Below the pieces are notes generated by a model. The model saw nothing but the letters and a program-made list of their open reading frames with translations. It was not told the DNA's origin and did no database searches. From positions 45,585 to 109,584 of the forward strand of contig CAVWLW010000030.1 of the NCBI GenBank assembly GCA_963755715.1: a stretch of DNA of 64,000 bases, given 5' to 3'. A program made the position numbers and the translations under genes. The DNA comes from an uncultured delta proteobacterium (lineage in GTDB: Bacteria; Desulfobacterota; Binatia; UBA9968). The first letter of the stretch is position 1. The number at the start of each line of letters is the position of its first letter. Shown piece by piece: positions 19,559-29,724 of this stretch.

Positions 19559-20086
19559 ATGCGACGGATAATGTTATCGCGGCGAAACGCTGTCTTGGTT
19601 TTTCTACTCGTGTTTGAACTCTATGAGGGGCAAGTTCTGGCTCAGGCAGTAAGAGAAAGTTACACGACCACGGCCGACGTTTCGTTGCGATCCGGGCCCG
19701 GTATGAAGTATCCAGTCGTTACGACGCTACCCAAGGGGACCAACATCAACGTCGTCGGCCGCGAAGGTTATTGGCTCAAAGTTGAATCGAAGCATGGGGG
19801 TCAACCGGGTTATGTCGACGAACAATTTACTCAACCCGTTGAGACCACCCAAGCCGCTCCAAAGATTACGACCACGCCGGTCGTCGGCGCCTATAAAACA
19901 ATAAAAGATGTCGATCTGCGCCAAGGACCCGGGGCCAAATATCCCATAGTCGCAAAGATCCCTTCTGGAATCCGAGTCAACGTCGTTCGCGCGGAAGGAG
20001 ATTGGTTAAGAGTCGAATCCAAACGCGGCGCCAAGCCGGGATATCTGGAGAAGCGCTCGGTCGAACCCTGGGACGATCGATATTGA
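19559..20086 (+). CDS. Secreted protein with two bacterial SH3 domains
   Basis: Repeated motif V.LR.GPG.KYP.V......G..WL.VESK.G..PGY. Confidence 0.85.
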   Translation: MRRIMLSRRNAVLVFLLVFELYEGQVLAQAVRESYTTTADVSLRSGPGMKYPVVTTLPKGTNINVVGREGYWLKVESKHGGQPGYVDEQFTQPVETTQAAPKITTTPVVGAYKTIKDVDLRQGPGAKYPIVAKIPSGIRVNVVRAEGDWLRVESKRGAKPGYLEKRSVEPWDDRY

Positions 20087-20191
20087 AATTGACACGCAAC
20101 GTTCGCGCCTGTCGGCAATGAGCTAACAATCCAAGTGAGCGCGGCCGCCAAAATCTCTTGTACTTGCCGCGCCCACTTGGATGTAAAACGG

Positions 20192-20572
20192 TTACGACTT
20201 AGCTTTTTCTTCGCCGATCATCTGCAGGATTTTCTTGCGCACGTCTTGATCCGCGCGCGCCACTTCGAAAATCTTCGTATAGCTTTCTTCGCTCAATCCC
20301 TCTTTTGTGAGCACCTGTTGAAATTTTGATTGGGCTTCCTGTTGAATCTGCTTGCCCTCTTCCGGACCGGAAGCTTCTTTCGCGCGAGGCTCATACTCTT
20401 GTCGTATTTTCTCAACCTGAACGTAGACTTTGGCAAAGGACCTAAGTTGCTTTTCGTCGAGCTCTGATTGTGGTTTAGGGGCAACCTGGGCAACAAGCGG
20501 CTTTGCAACCACGACCATTAAGAACGCCGAGACAAAAATCGTGGCGAGGGTCTTCAGACTGACTCTTTTCAT
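20192..20572 (-). CDS. DUF4168-domain secreted protein
   Basis: Signal peptide; QLRSFAKVY...IQQEAQ...EGLSEESYTKI pattern; AGGAGG RBS. Confidence 0.75.
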   Translation of the reverse strand: MKRVSLKTLATIFVSAFLMVVVAKPLVAQVAPKPQSELDEKQLRSFAKVYVQVEKIRQEYEPRAKEASGPEEGKQIQQEAQSKFQQVLTKEGLSEESYTKIFEVARADQDVRKKILQMIGEEKAKS

Positions 20573-20611
20573 GGAACAACCTCCTTGGTATCAGAATCTG
20601 TCTTTCTGTCG

Positions 20612-20627
20612 CGCAAGAGATATGCCA
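20612..20627 (-). promoter_or_regulatory. sigma54 promoter for the DUF4168 gene
   Basis: Minus strand TGGCATATCTCTTGCG, consensus -24/-12. Confidence 0.7.
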
Positions 20628-20688
20628 GGAGGGGTCCCCGCCATATTATCAGTGATTTAGAGAAAGCTATTTTGCCCGAGAAAAAATA

Positions 20689-20712
20689 TGCTGCATGGGA
20701 TCCCATGCAGCA
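20689..20712. promoter_or_regulatory. Perfect 24-bp palindrome, candidate activator site
   Basis: TGCTGCATGGGATCCCATGCAGCA is its own reverse complement. Confidence 0.55.
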
Positions 20713-20862
20713 AAAACCAGAATCACCGGCAAGTGAAAGTGTTTTCATACACACTTACGCTGAAGTCAGCGATAGCTTGCCGAGAAATGCTGGGTAGATT
20801 CAAACGGAGACCGCGCAGGGCATTTAAAGTCAAACCTGCGGGATGGATGCGGCGAATCTAAT

Positions 20863-21678
20863 TCAGGACCCCTTGCCCAACTCCTGCGATCTTCTGGTCG
20901 CGCTCACCACCGCGTCCATCACCGTGCCGCGAAAACCGTTCTGCTCCATGGCGTAAAGTCCGGCGATAGTCGTACCGCCCGGCGAGGTCACTTCATCTTT
21001 CAACTCGCTCAAGTGCTTGTTGCCTTCCAACGCCATGCGCGCGGCACCGTAAACGGTCTGCATCGCTAGTTTCAGCGCCACATCGCGGGATAAACCGACT
21101 TGAACACCGCCGTCGGCGAGCGCTTCCATAAAAAGAAAAACATACGCCGGCCCGCTGCCGCTGAGCCCGGTGACCGCGTCCAAATATTTTTCTTCTACCG
21201 CTAAACCGACGCCAAAGCTGTTGAGAATCGCGCCGACTTTTTCTAAATCCGCAGCCGTGGCATGACCGCCGCCGGCAAAACCGGCGGCGCCGGCGCCAAC
21301 GACGCAGGGAATGTTCGGCATCACGCGCACGACGCGCGCTCCCGGCTCGAGGTGCGTCTCGATGCGCCCCAGTGGCACTCCCGCGGCGACCGAGACCAGC
21401 AGCTTGGATTTGCCGAGTTTCTTGGCGATCTCGCGCGCCACCGGATCGACGATTTGTGGCTTGACCGCGAGGATGATGATCTCGGCAAAATCACAGAGTG
21501 CGCCGTTATCCGGCGTGACCTTGATATCGAGATCCCGGGCGATGGCCTGACGCAGCTCGTCGCTTACGTCACTGGACATGACGCTTTCTTTATTCACCAA
21601 ACCGGCTCGAATGATTCCTCGAGCGATGGCCGAGCCGATTTTTCCCGCACCGATCACGCCGATTTTTTCCGTCAACAC
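20863..21678 (-). CDS. proC: Pyrroline-5-carboxylate reductase
   Basis: GAGKIG, LAVKPQ, VRVMPN, SGSGPAY, VTSPGGTTIAG motifs. Confidence 0.96.
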   Translation of the reverse strand: MLTEKIGVIGAGKIGSAIARGIIRAGLVNKESVMSSDVSDELRQAIARDLDIKVTPDNGALCDFAEIIILAVKPQIVDPVAREIAKKLGKSKLLVSVAAGVPLGRIETHLEPGARVVRVMPNIPCVVGAGAAGFAGGGHATAADLEKVGAILNSFGVGLAVEEKYLDAVTGLSGSGPAYVFLFMEALADGGVQVGLSRDVALKLAMQTVYGAARMALEGNKHLSELKDEVTSPGGTTIAGLYAMEQNGFRGTVMDAVVSATRRSQELGKGS

Positions 21679-21758
21679 TGGAGACCTCCTTGGATGCTTA
21701 GCCGACGCCGGCCAGCATAGTTGGTCGGCGCGCGAAGTTCAAAGTCCGGCGCTGCCAT

Positions 21759-21792
21759 AAAAAAAGCCCCCGGCCTGTAACCGGGGGCTTTT
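21759..21792 (-). terminator. Intrinsic terminator (hairpin flanked by A/T tracts)
   Basis: AAAAAAAGCCCCCGG-cctgtaa-CCGGGGGCTTTT, just downstream of the 21819-25292 gene. Confidence 0.85.
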
Positions 21793-21818
21793 AGTAAGGC
21801 GGATACTAGCTGACCTGG

Positions 21819-24800
21819 CTAGTATTTCGCGCCCAAGTCTTGCAGCGCCTTCAGCGCGTCCGCATCGTCAGGGCTGAGAGAGAGTATCTCGCGATACTTC
21901 TGTTCGGCATCTTTTATTTTTCCCAACTGGGCATAGGACTGGCCGAGCGAAAAGCGCAGATCGTTGCGCCGCCGCCGCATGCGCAGGGCTTCGGTATATT
22001 CCGCTGCGGCCTTCTCCCACACGGCGAGCCGGTAATACACACCGCCTAATTCGGTGTGGATTGTCGCCGAGTCCTCGCCCTTGGATTTGGACTTTTCGAG
22101 CAACGCGCGCGCTTCCTGCAGCTCTTTCTTGGCCTGGCCGTCGTCTTTTAGCCGCGCCGCTTTGGCCGCCGCCAAGCGTCCCCATGCCAGCAATACGGCG
22201 GGGTGTTCCGCTTGCAAGTCGCGCGCTTGAATAAACCATTTCTCGGCTTCCGCGAGATCGCCGGAATGAAGCGCGATATTGCCCAAGCCGAGATACGGCA
22301 AAACCTCTTTGTTGCCCATGCTGATCACCTTGCGGTAAATCACCTGGGCTTCCGGCAGATAGAATTCATCGCTCATCGCCAACACGTCGGAAATGTATTC
22401 AGACCCGCTCTCGAGCGCGGCAAGAGCTTCTTTCAATCCTTCAGTGCTCTTGTCTTGTTCGAGCAAAATTCTCATTTTCAAAAGATGAAATTTCGGGTTC
22501 TTTGGCTCGAGACGGATGGCTTCGTCGATTTCCTTCGAGGCGCGAGCGCGGGATAAGCTCGCCAAGTACGACTGCGCCATATAAAAGTGATGCATCGCTT
22601 CGGGCACCGGCAATGGCTTTGATTTAAGCCACGGTGGCGAATCCAGCAGAAACGGCGTCATGATGCGCCGGTTGAGCTCAGTCGTTGCCCGGCGCAGATT
22701 TTTCGGCGCCGAGAACTCCAACTGGGCGCCGTCATCGGTATTGATCGCAGCGCCCTTGGAAAATGCCAAAAAGCCGTCGCGGTTCATCCGATAAAAACCT
22801 TGCACCGCGTAGACGTCGGAGAGCCCCAGGTATTCGAGATCCGACTGCAAGGTCTTGTTATCGTCGTAGATTTTTTTGACCGCGGCATAATCGAAAACTT
22901 GCTCCTTTTTGCTGCCGATCAACAGAAAGTCGCTTTCTTTCATGCTCCACAGCGACACGTGCGGAAAGGCTTCGGCAAAAGTGCGAAACACCATGCGAAA
23001 ATCATCGGGCGACATGGAATAGTTATGAAACCATTGGGCGAAGATGCCGTCGTCTTTGATCTTGGATTTGATGACTTGGTAGAATTCACGGGTATAGAGA
23101 TTGGCGATGCCGGCGATCCAGGGATTCGACGGTTCCGCGGTGATGACGTCGTATTGTTCCGGTGTGGCCAAAATGTAGTTTCTGCCGTCCGTCGGAATGA
23201 CATGGACCCGCGGGTCCTCTAACACGCCCGCATGACGGGAATTGCGCGCGTTACGAGACAGGCGGTCAATGGCGCCGCGGTAATCGAGGTCCTCCGAGCG
23301 CTTCATCAGCTCGGCGCGCGCCGCCGGAGCCATCACGCCCTGATAGTAGATCCGCTTCTCTTTTTCGTCGTACCATACGCGAGTATCGGGGCTGTCGGCG
23401 ACAGAATCGTATACAAAGCGTGAGCGAACGGTCGGGCTCGACGGAAAAGAAACTCCCGGCGGCAGCTTAGCGAGCGGCACCGAGGTCCGGTCGAAGAACT
23501 TGCTCGCTTGGATCATTGCCGGCTCGATTTCGATGATCTCGATTCGCTTTAACGATTTAAAAGTGGCGAGGGCCTTGGCCGACATGCCGCTGCCAAGGCC
23601 GATGGTCAGGGCTCTCTCCGCCGTCGGATGCAGCAGCATGGCGATGTAGCTGGTCATCAATTGACTGAGCGCATCGCCGTAAGAACCGTCGATCTTGCCG
23701 TTCGATTTAAAATAGACGTAGTCGCTGCCCGGGATGCTGTGCACGCTGACAGTGGTGGTCAATCCCTCGCGGTAAAAAAGCACGTCGTCCCGCTTCATTT
23801 CCTCGACCCGCAAGGAATCGGTCGGCAACGATTCGTAGCGATCGGCATAGATCGTCACGCCGCTGGTGAGAACGTGCGGATCCCAACGATGCACCTTGAA
23901 AGGCACGATGATCGCCAACACCAGTACCGCCAGGCCGAGAGCGTAACGCGGCACAAAGGAGAGTTTCGAGTCGCTGATCACCAGCCAGGCGCCGATCAAA
24001 AGATTCAGGACGACAGCGAAAATAATGGTGTTTTGCACGCCGAGGTTGGGGATCAAGATAAAGCCGCCGGCAAAAGCGCCGACAACCGCGCCGACGGTGT
24101 TGGCCGCGTAGGAGCTGCCGACACCGCTGCCGACCCGATAAACACTTTGGGTGAACAAGCGCGCGACCAGCGGAAAGGTCATGCCCAGCAGCACCGTCGG
24201 AATGAACATCACTAGAGCCGAGAGAAAAATCTGGAGGTAGAGAAACACTGTGAACGTATCGCCGAACCCATGCAGCAACCGGACAAAGATCAGCGGCAAC
24301 CGCTCGAACAAAGGAATGGTGGCGAGAGCGGAGAGCCCCACCCAGAGCTCGATCAAGCCGAAGGTGTTCAAGCGCGCCTCGCGTCCACCGAGCACTCGGG
24401 CGTAAATAAAACCGCCGAGCGCCAAGCCGATGAGAAAAGTCACGAGCATCGTCGAAAACGAATAAATCGAGCTGCCGATCACGAGCGTGAGCGACCTCGT
24501 CCAAGCGTTTTCGTAAACCAGCGAAGCGAAACCGGAAAGCGCGAACGAAGTCAACACCACCCAGGCTAACCTAGAGGAACCTTGCGACTCAGCCGCAGCG
24601 GTTTCCTCGGCGGCGGTTGGCGGGACAATTTCCAGCGGCGTTTTATCGCGTAGACGATCGATCAGGAGAATAGCGGCGGCGATGACCAGGTTAACCGAAG
24701 CGGCGACGAAGACCGTCATGCGCATGCCCAGCGTCGGTATCAGAAAAAACCCGCCGGCGGCGCAGCCAATGACCGCACCGAGTGTGTTGGTTGCATAAAG

Positions 24801-25292
24801 ATCGCCGACGCGCCGGCCAAACTGCGCGAAGCTACGGACAAAGAACCGGCTGAGCACCGGCAAAGTCGCGCCCATCAGCATGGTCGGAAACACGAGCAGG
24901 ACGAAAGAAAGAAAAAACAGCACGAGATTGAAAAGAAACGGATAGCTCTCATTCAAACCGAAGATCGGCCCGTAGACCTTTTGTGCCATCTGAAAAATCC
25001 ACGGCACCAGGAAACCGTAGACGCCGACGCCCGCTTCGAGGATGCCATACAACAAAAAATCGTTCTTGCCGCGGTCAGCAATCTGGCCGAACAGATAACT
25101 GCCGATCGCCAAGCCGGCCATAAACGCGGACAACACGGTGGCAATGGCGTAAGTCGTATTGCCGAAGATTTGCGTCAGCATGCGGGTCCACACCACTTGG
25201 TAAATCAAACCCGCCGCGCCGGAAAAAAAGAAACAAAAGAGTCCGACGAGGAGCAGCCAATCTTGTTTGGAACGCGGAACACTATCCGTCAT
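21819..25292 (-). CDS. Fused membrane (MFS-like)/spermidine-synthase-like methyltransferase with C-terminal TPRs
   Basis: Duplicated TM block (SGAAGLIYQVVW / SGFASLVYENAW), GLGSG SAM motif, IEIEP, DGRNY, YDVITAEPSNPW, then TPR-like repeats. Confidence 0.88.
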   Translation of the reverse strand: MTDSVPRSKQDWLLLVGLFCFFFSGAAGLIYQVVWTRMLTQIFGNTTYAIATVLSAFMAGLAIGSYLFGQIADRGKNDFLLYGILEAGVGVYGFLVPWIFQMAQKVYGPIFGLNESYPFLFNLVLFFLSFVLLVFPTMLMGATLPVLSRFFVRSFAQFGRRVGDLYATNTLGAVIGCAAGGFFLIPTLGMRMTVFVAASVNLVIAAAILLIDRLRDKTPLEIVPPTAAEETAAAESQGSSRLAWVVLTSFALSGFASLVYENAWTRSLTLVIGSSIYSFSTMLVTFLIGLALGGFIYARVLGGREARLNTFGLIELWVGLSALATIPLFERLPLIFVRLLHGFGDTFTVFLYLQIFLSALVMFIPTVLLGMTFPLVARLFTQSVYRVGSGVGSSYAANTVGAVVGAFAGGFILIPNLGVQNTIIFAVVLNLLIGAWLVISDSKLSFVPRYALGLAVLVLAIIVPFKVHRWDPHVLTSGVTIYADRYESLPTDSLRVEEMKRDDVLFYREGLTTTVSVHSIPGSDYVYFKSNGKIDGSYGDALSQLMTSYIAMLLHPTAERALTIGLGSGMSAKALATFKSLKRIEIIEIEPAMIQASKFFDRTSVPLAKLPPGVSFPSSPTVRSRFVYDSVADSPDTRVWYDEKEKRIYYQGVMAPAARAELMKRSEDLDYRGAIDRLSRNARNSRHAGVLEDPRVHVIPTDGRNYILATPEQYDVITAEPSNPWIAGIANLYTREFYQVIKSKIKDDGIFAQWFHNYSMSPDDFRMVFRTFAEAFPHVSLWSMKESDFLLIGSKKEQVFDYAAVKKIYDDNKTLQSDLEYLGLSDVYAVQGFYRMNRDGFLAFSKGAAINTDDGAQLEFSAPKNLRRATTELNRRIMTPFLLDSPPWLKSKPLPVPEAMHHFYMAQSYLASLSRARASKEIDEAIRLEPKNPKFHLLKMRILLEQDKSTEGLKEALAALESGSEYISDVLAMSDEFYLPEAQVIYRKVISMGNKEVLPYLGLGNIALHSGDLAEAEKWFIQARDLQAEHPAVLLAWGRLAAAKAARLKDDGQAKKELQEARALLEKSKSKGEDSATIHTELGGVYYRLAVWEKAAAEYTEALRMRRRRNDLRFSLGQSYAQLGKIKDAEQKYREILSLSPDDADALKALQDLGAKY

Positions 25293-25640
25293 AAGTTCTC
25301 CCCAACGCCGTCGAAAAACAATTCAAGAAGTGATAGCAAGCCGCTCGCGAACTGTAAAGGGTAGCAGGCCGCGAGCGCGTCGATTTGCGACACGCGACGG
25401 GCTCGGTCAGCAACGCAAAGTTGGTAGGCCGAGCAAGATTTACCGTCGGTACGTTCGTTGACTTTGGGAGTAATGTCGTATAAGCGTAAATTCTGTCCAG
25501 GCATCCTGAATCGGAAAATTCTTTCCTCTGTAAATTGTTAACCGATTAGCTTAAAACTAACTGTTTGCTGATCCGATAGTTTTTTTGCACGAAAGTAGCG
25601 ATCGCGGCCAATTACAAGTTAAATTATTTGGAGGAAAGCA

Positions 25641-27212
25641 ATGGCAAACGCAAAACGAGACGGCGCTGCGCCGGAAGAAGTGAGAGATCTCAGGCGGGCA
25701 ATCGAGTGGATGAAGAAAGAAGGTGACATTATTATCACCGACAAAGAAGTCGACCCCAATCTCGAAATCACCGGCATCCAAAAACGGCTGGACGGCGGTT
25801 GCCCGATCCTTTTCAACAACGTTAAGGGCAAGCCTCAGCATCGTTGCATCACCAACCTCTTCGGCGACATGAACGTCATCAACAAGATGTTCGGCTGGAA
25901 GGATCACGCCGATCGGACCCGAAAACTTGCCTATGCGATCACTCACCCGATTGCGCCGATTGTGGTCGATCAAAAAGATGCGCCGGTACAGGAAGAAGTT
26001 TACGAAAAACCGGCTGAAGCCAACGACTACGTCGTGCCGATCCGCCACACCAACATCGAGCCGGAGTTGACCGTCGGCTCCGGCAACCGCTTAATCTCGG
26101 GCGAATATTTCAACGGCGGCACGGACCTCGGCTATAACCGCATGAATTTTCGCTGGGGCAACGTGGGGACATTCCAAATTTCTCCCGGCTCGCACATGTG
26201 GCAAGTCGTGAGCAAATATTACAAAGACAATAAGATGGTCCCGATCACGATGAATTTCGGTTTGCCGCCGGCCGGCTCGCTGCTCGCCGGCGCTGGCTTC
26301 GACTATGTTATCCTGCCGCAAGGTTGCGACGAAGTCGGTATGGCCGGAGCCGTGCAAGGCGCGCCGATGCGCTTGGTGAAAGCCCGCACCATCGATGCTT
26401 ACGCTTTAGCCGATGCCGAAGTCATTCTCGAAGGCTATGTAAATCCCCGCGACCGCCGTTTCGAGACCGCGGAGTCGGAAAAGGCCGGAATTCAAGGTCG
26501 CTTTCACTTCCATCCCGAATGGGCCGGCTATATGGGCAAAGCCTACAAAGCACCGACGTTTCATGTCACCGCCGTGACGACCCGTAAACGGGAAGGCAAG
26601 CCGATTATCTTTCCACTCGGCGTGCACACGCTCGACGATCACAACATCGATACGACGATCCGTGAAGCGGCGATGTTCGAGCTCTGCGAACGCATGCAGC
26701 CCGGCATCATCATGGACGTCAACATTCCTTACTGCATGACGGATTGGGGCGGAGCGATCATCCAGGTCAAGAAGCGCAATCGCATCGAAGAAGGGTGGCA
26801 GCGCAATTTCATGGCCGCGATCCTCGCGACTTCGCAGGGCTCGCGTTTGGTCATCGCCGTCAGCGAAGATTCCGACCCTTACGACATGGATGACATCATT
26901 TGGAATCTCACCACCCGCGTCAATCCAAAAACCGATATCATCAACCCGCTACCGGGCGGTCGCGGCCAAACTTTTATGCCGGCCGAGCGCATGACTGCCG
27001 GCGAAAAAGAGTGGACCGCATCGAATACCAGTTTCGAAGGCGGCATGGGCATCGACGCGACCGTGCCTTTCGGTTACGAGAGCGACTTCATGCGCCCGGT
27101 TTATCCGGTCGACAGAGTCGAACTTTCGAAATGGTTCAGTGAGAAAGATATTCAGAACGCCAAGAGTCGCATGCAAGGCTGGGTGCATTCGTTAGCGCGC
27201 ACCGGCCGTTAA
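25641..27212 (+). CDS. UbiD-family (de)carboxylase, divergent
   Basis: DLRRAIEW...EVDPNLEI, PILFNNVKG, AEVILEG, EWAGY, WNLTTRVNP, GIDATVP; GGAGG RBS. Confidence 0.85.
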   Translation: MANAKRDGAAPEEVRDLRRAIEWMKKEGDIIITDKEVDPNLEITGIQKRLDGGCPILFNNVKGKPQHRCITNLFGDMNVINKMFGWKDHADRTRKLAYAITHPIAPIVVDQKDAPVQEEVYEKPAEANDYVVPIRHTNIEPELTVGSGNRLISGEYFNGGTDLGYNRMNFRWGNVGTFQISPGSHMWQVVSKYYKDNKMVPITMNFGLPPAGSLLAGAGFDYVILPQGCDEVGMAGAVQGAPMRLVKARTIDAYALADAEVILEGYVNPRDRRFETAESEKAGIQGRFHFHPEWAGYMGKAYKAPTFHVTAVTTRKREGKPIIFPLGVHTLDDHNIDTTIREAAMFELCERMQPGIIMDVNIPYCMTDWGGAIIQVKKRNRIEEGWQRNFMAAILATSQGSRLVIAVSEDSDPYDMDDIIWNLTTRVNPKTDIINPLPGGRGQTFMPAERMTAGEKEWTASNTSFEGGMGIDATVPFGYESDFMRPVYPVDRVELSKWFSEKDIQNAKSRMQGWVHSLARTGR

Positions 27213-27498
27213 GCCGCTGTCGCAAATCCATAGCGCCAGAGGGGAAAATGAAATTCCTTGACCTCTCTGGCGCTTCCGACCCATTGAAACTATTATCTGA
27301 AAAATATCCAGGCGCGTAAAATCGCGACTCTTCAGCGCGTTGTTTTCCTGCAAAGCGAATTTTTTAGAAAAATCCCGTCTCATCGATATTTTTCCGGGAT
27401 CCGCGTTGACAGGATGTAATGGGTCTGATAGCCAAGTGAAAGTTTTTCAAGTTGCCGCCGCCCAGCAACTTCGATAGATCCTCTCCTGAGTTGAAAGT

Positions 27499-28194
27499 AT
27501 GGAGAACCGTCGTCAAACAACGCTTGCTCGTACTTTACGGCGCGCCGCCGGATGCAGCAAACTCGTCGTCATCGCAGTGCTGTTTGTTCCGCCGCTTTTG
27601 GCGTTCCAATCGCGATCGCAACAAGGCACCGTTGCTGCGCCCACGCGCATCGTCAAAGGGGTCGAGGTTGCCGCCAAACCCCGCTCCCGGGAATTGATTA
27701 AAATCTACTCGATTATCAAGGCGCACCGTCCCGATGTTTCGGAGGCAGAAACATGGAGAGTTGCGGAAGTCGTCTGGGAGGAATGCGCCAAACGCAAAAT
27801 CGATCCATTGCTCGTGTTAGCGCTGATCAAGATCGAGAGCGGCTTTCAATATGCCGCGGTGTCGCCCGTAGGCGCGCGCGGCATCATGCAAATCATGCCG
27901 GATACGGCCCGATCGTTGACCCACAGCGTCGGCGGCAATTACGGCATTCGGCCGGCGGCGTTCAGACCGGAAGCGCTCGACGATCCGTTGCTCAATATTC
28001 GCCTCGGTGTTTACTATCTGCATGGTTTAAAAACCCAGTTCCAGGATCTAAATCTCACGCTGAGCGCCTATAACTTCGGGCCGGCGGAGCTGCAAAACCG
28101 CCTCGACAACAATCTTGACTATTCGTCCGACTTCGCTGCCTTGGTTCTCGACGCTTACCAACGTTACCAGCAGGCAAAGCACCCGGCATTTTAG
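27499..28194 (+). CDS. Lytic transglycosylase (SLT domain)
   Basis: LIKIESGF, AVSPVGARGIMQIMPDTA, LSAYNFGP. Confidence 0.9.
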   Translation: MENRRQTTLARTLRRAAGCSKLVVIAVLFVPPLLAFQSRSQQGTVAAPTRIVKGVEVAAKPRSRELIKIYSIIKAHRPDVSEAETWRVAEVVWEECAKRKIDPLLVLALIKIESGFQYAAVSPVGARGIMQIMPDTARSLTHSVGGNYGIRPAAFRPEALDDPLLNIRLGVYYLHGLKTQFQDLNLTLSAYNFGPAELQNRLDNNLDYSSDFAALVLDAYQRYQQAKHPAF

Positions 28195-28391
28195 TAATCT
28201 CTTTTATCCGTTCGGTTTTTCGGTGCGAAATGGTCGTGTCCGACGAGCGTGATCGTCCGGCATGGCAGCACACACGAACAGGGGAAAAATAAGGAACTAT
28301 CCGGTGCCAGCCACGAGTCTCATAGCAACGCCGGCTATTCTCATGATAAATAGATTCGATCCCGTCGCTCCGCTTTAGGCTCGTTGAAAAG

Positions 28392-28847
28392 ATGTTGCTC
28401 ACGCAAGAAGCTTGGACCGAAATCTCGCGGCACGCGCAGGAGACCTTTCCTGAAGAGTGTTGCGGCGTCATATTTTCAGCGGGCGCAACCGACCAGGTGG
28501 TTCGGGTGAAAAATATCCAGAACCGACTGCACGCGCTCGATCCTCAGACTTATCCGCGCACGGCGGTGATCGCCTACGCCATGGACCCTTTGGAACTCGA
28601 TTCGGTGATTCGCCAGGGCGAAGAAAAAGGCCGGCGGCTCAAGGCCTTTTATCACTCGCACCCGAACCACGATGCCTACTTCTCCGATGAAGACAAGGCG
28701 TTTGCCAGCCCCTTCGGCGAGCCGACGTACCCCGACGTGGCGCAGATCGTTATTTCGATTTACAATCGCGCCGTGAAGGTGATCCGCGCCTTTGAATGGT
28801 CCGCCGCACGGAACGACTTCGCCGAAGTGCCCCTCGACCGTTTGTAA
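28392..28847 (+). CDS. JAMM/Mov34 (M67) metallopeptidase, Mec-like
   Basis: PEECCG and YHSHPNHDAYFSDED JAMM motif. Confidence 0.9.
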   Translation: MLLTQEAWTEISRHAQETFPEECCGVIFSAGATDQVVRVKNIQNRLHALDPQTYPRTAVIAYAMDPLELDSVIRQGEEKGRRLKAFYHSHPNHDAYFSDEDKAFASPFGEPTYPDVAQIVISIYNRAVKVIRAFEWSAARNDFAEVPLDRL

Positions 28848-28851
28848 CCGC

Positions 28852-29724
28852 ATGGCCGAAGCACGCGAAACCTTCGTCGACTCTCAGGGACTGCCGATTC
28901 ATTGCCTCGAGTGGGGCAAGCCCGCCGGCGAACCGCTCGTGCTCATTCATGGCTATCTCGATCTCGCGTATAGCTGGCGCGCCTTCGTGGCGGCACTGGA
29001 AAAAAAACACGGCGATACGCCGTGGATCATCGCACCCGACTGCCGCGGCCATGGCGACAGCGGCTGGGTGGGCGCCGGCGGCTATTATCATTTTCCCGAT
29101 TACGTATTCGATCTTGACTGCGTGACGCGAGCGTTCGGCGCGCCGGGCATCCGGTTGATCGGCCACTCAATGGGAGGAACCATTTCGCTTCTGTACGCCG
29201 GCACGTTCCCCAAGCACGTCTCCAAGTTAATGCTCATCGAAGGCATCGGCCCGCTCGGCATGAGCTACGCGGACGCGCCGCCACGCATGGAAAAGTGGAT
29301 CGCGGAAGTACGCGAGCGCGGCCGACGCCATTTTCGCGAGTACACGAGCGTCGAGGCAGGCGCCAGCCAGTTGCGCCAAACCAATCCGAGATTGCATCCC
29401 ACTCTAGCGCTCGATTTGGCGCGCGCCGCGATGAAACAGAATGACAAGGGCAAATGGGTTTGGAAATTCGATCCGCTGCACCGCACCCTCACGCCGCAAC
29501 CTTTTTATACGGCACAGGCTCTTGAATTTCTGCGCCGTATCGAATGCCCTGTTTTAATCGTCGATGGCAAGGAAAGCCGCCAGGCGCGGCGCACCGACAA
29601 ACAAGAAAGATATGACGCGATCGCGAACTATCGTCGCGCCACGATCGACAGGGCCGGCCACATGGTGCATCAGGACAACCCCGAGCAGTTGGCAGAAGTT
29701 GTCGCGGCTTTTTTGGAATCGTAA
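28852..29724 (+). CDS. Alpha/beta hydrolase
   Basis: LIHGYLD, RGHGDS, nucleophile GHSMGG, C-terminal AGHMVH. Confidence 0.9.
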   Translation: MAEARETFVDSQGLPIHCLEWGKPAGEPLVLIHGYLDLAYSWRAFVAALEKKHGDTPWIIAPDCRGHGDSGWVGAGGYYHFPDYVFDLDCVTRAFGAPGIRLIGHSMGGTISLLYAGTFPKHVSKLMLIEGIGPLGMSYADAPPRMEKWIAEVRERGRRHFREYTSVEAGASQLRQTNPRLHPTLALDLARAAMKQNDKGKWVWKFDPLHRTLTPQPFYTAQALEFLRRIECPVLIVDGKESRQARRTDKQERYDAIANYRRATIDRAGHMVHQDNPEQLAEVVAAFLES

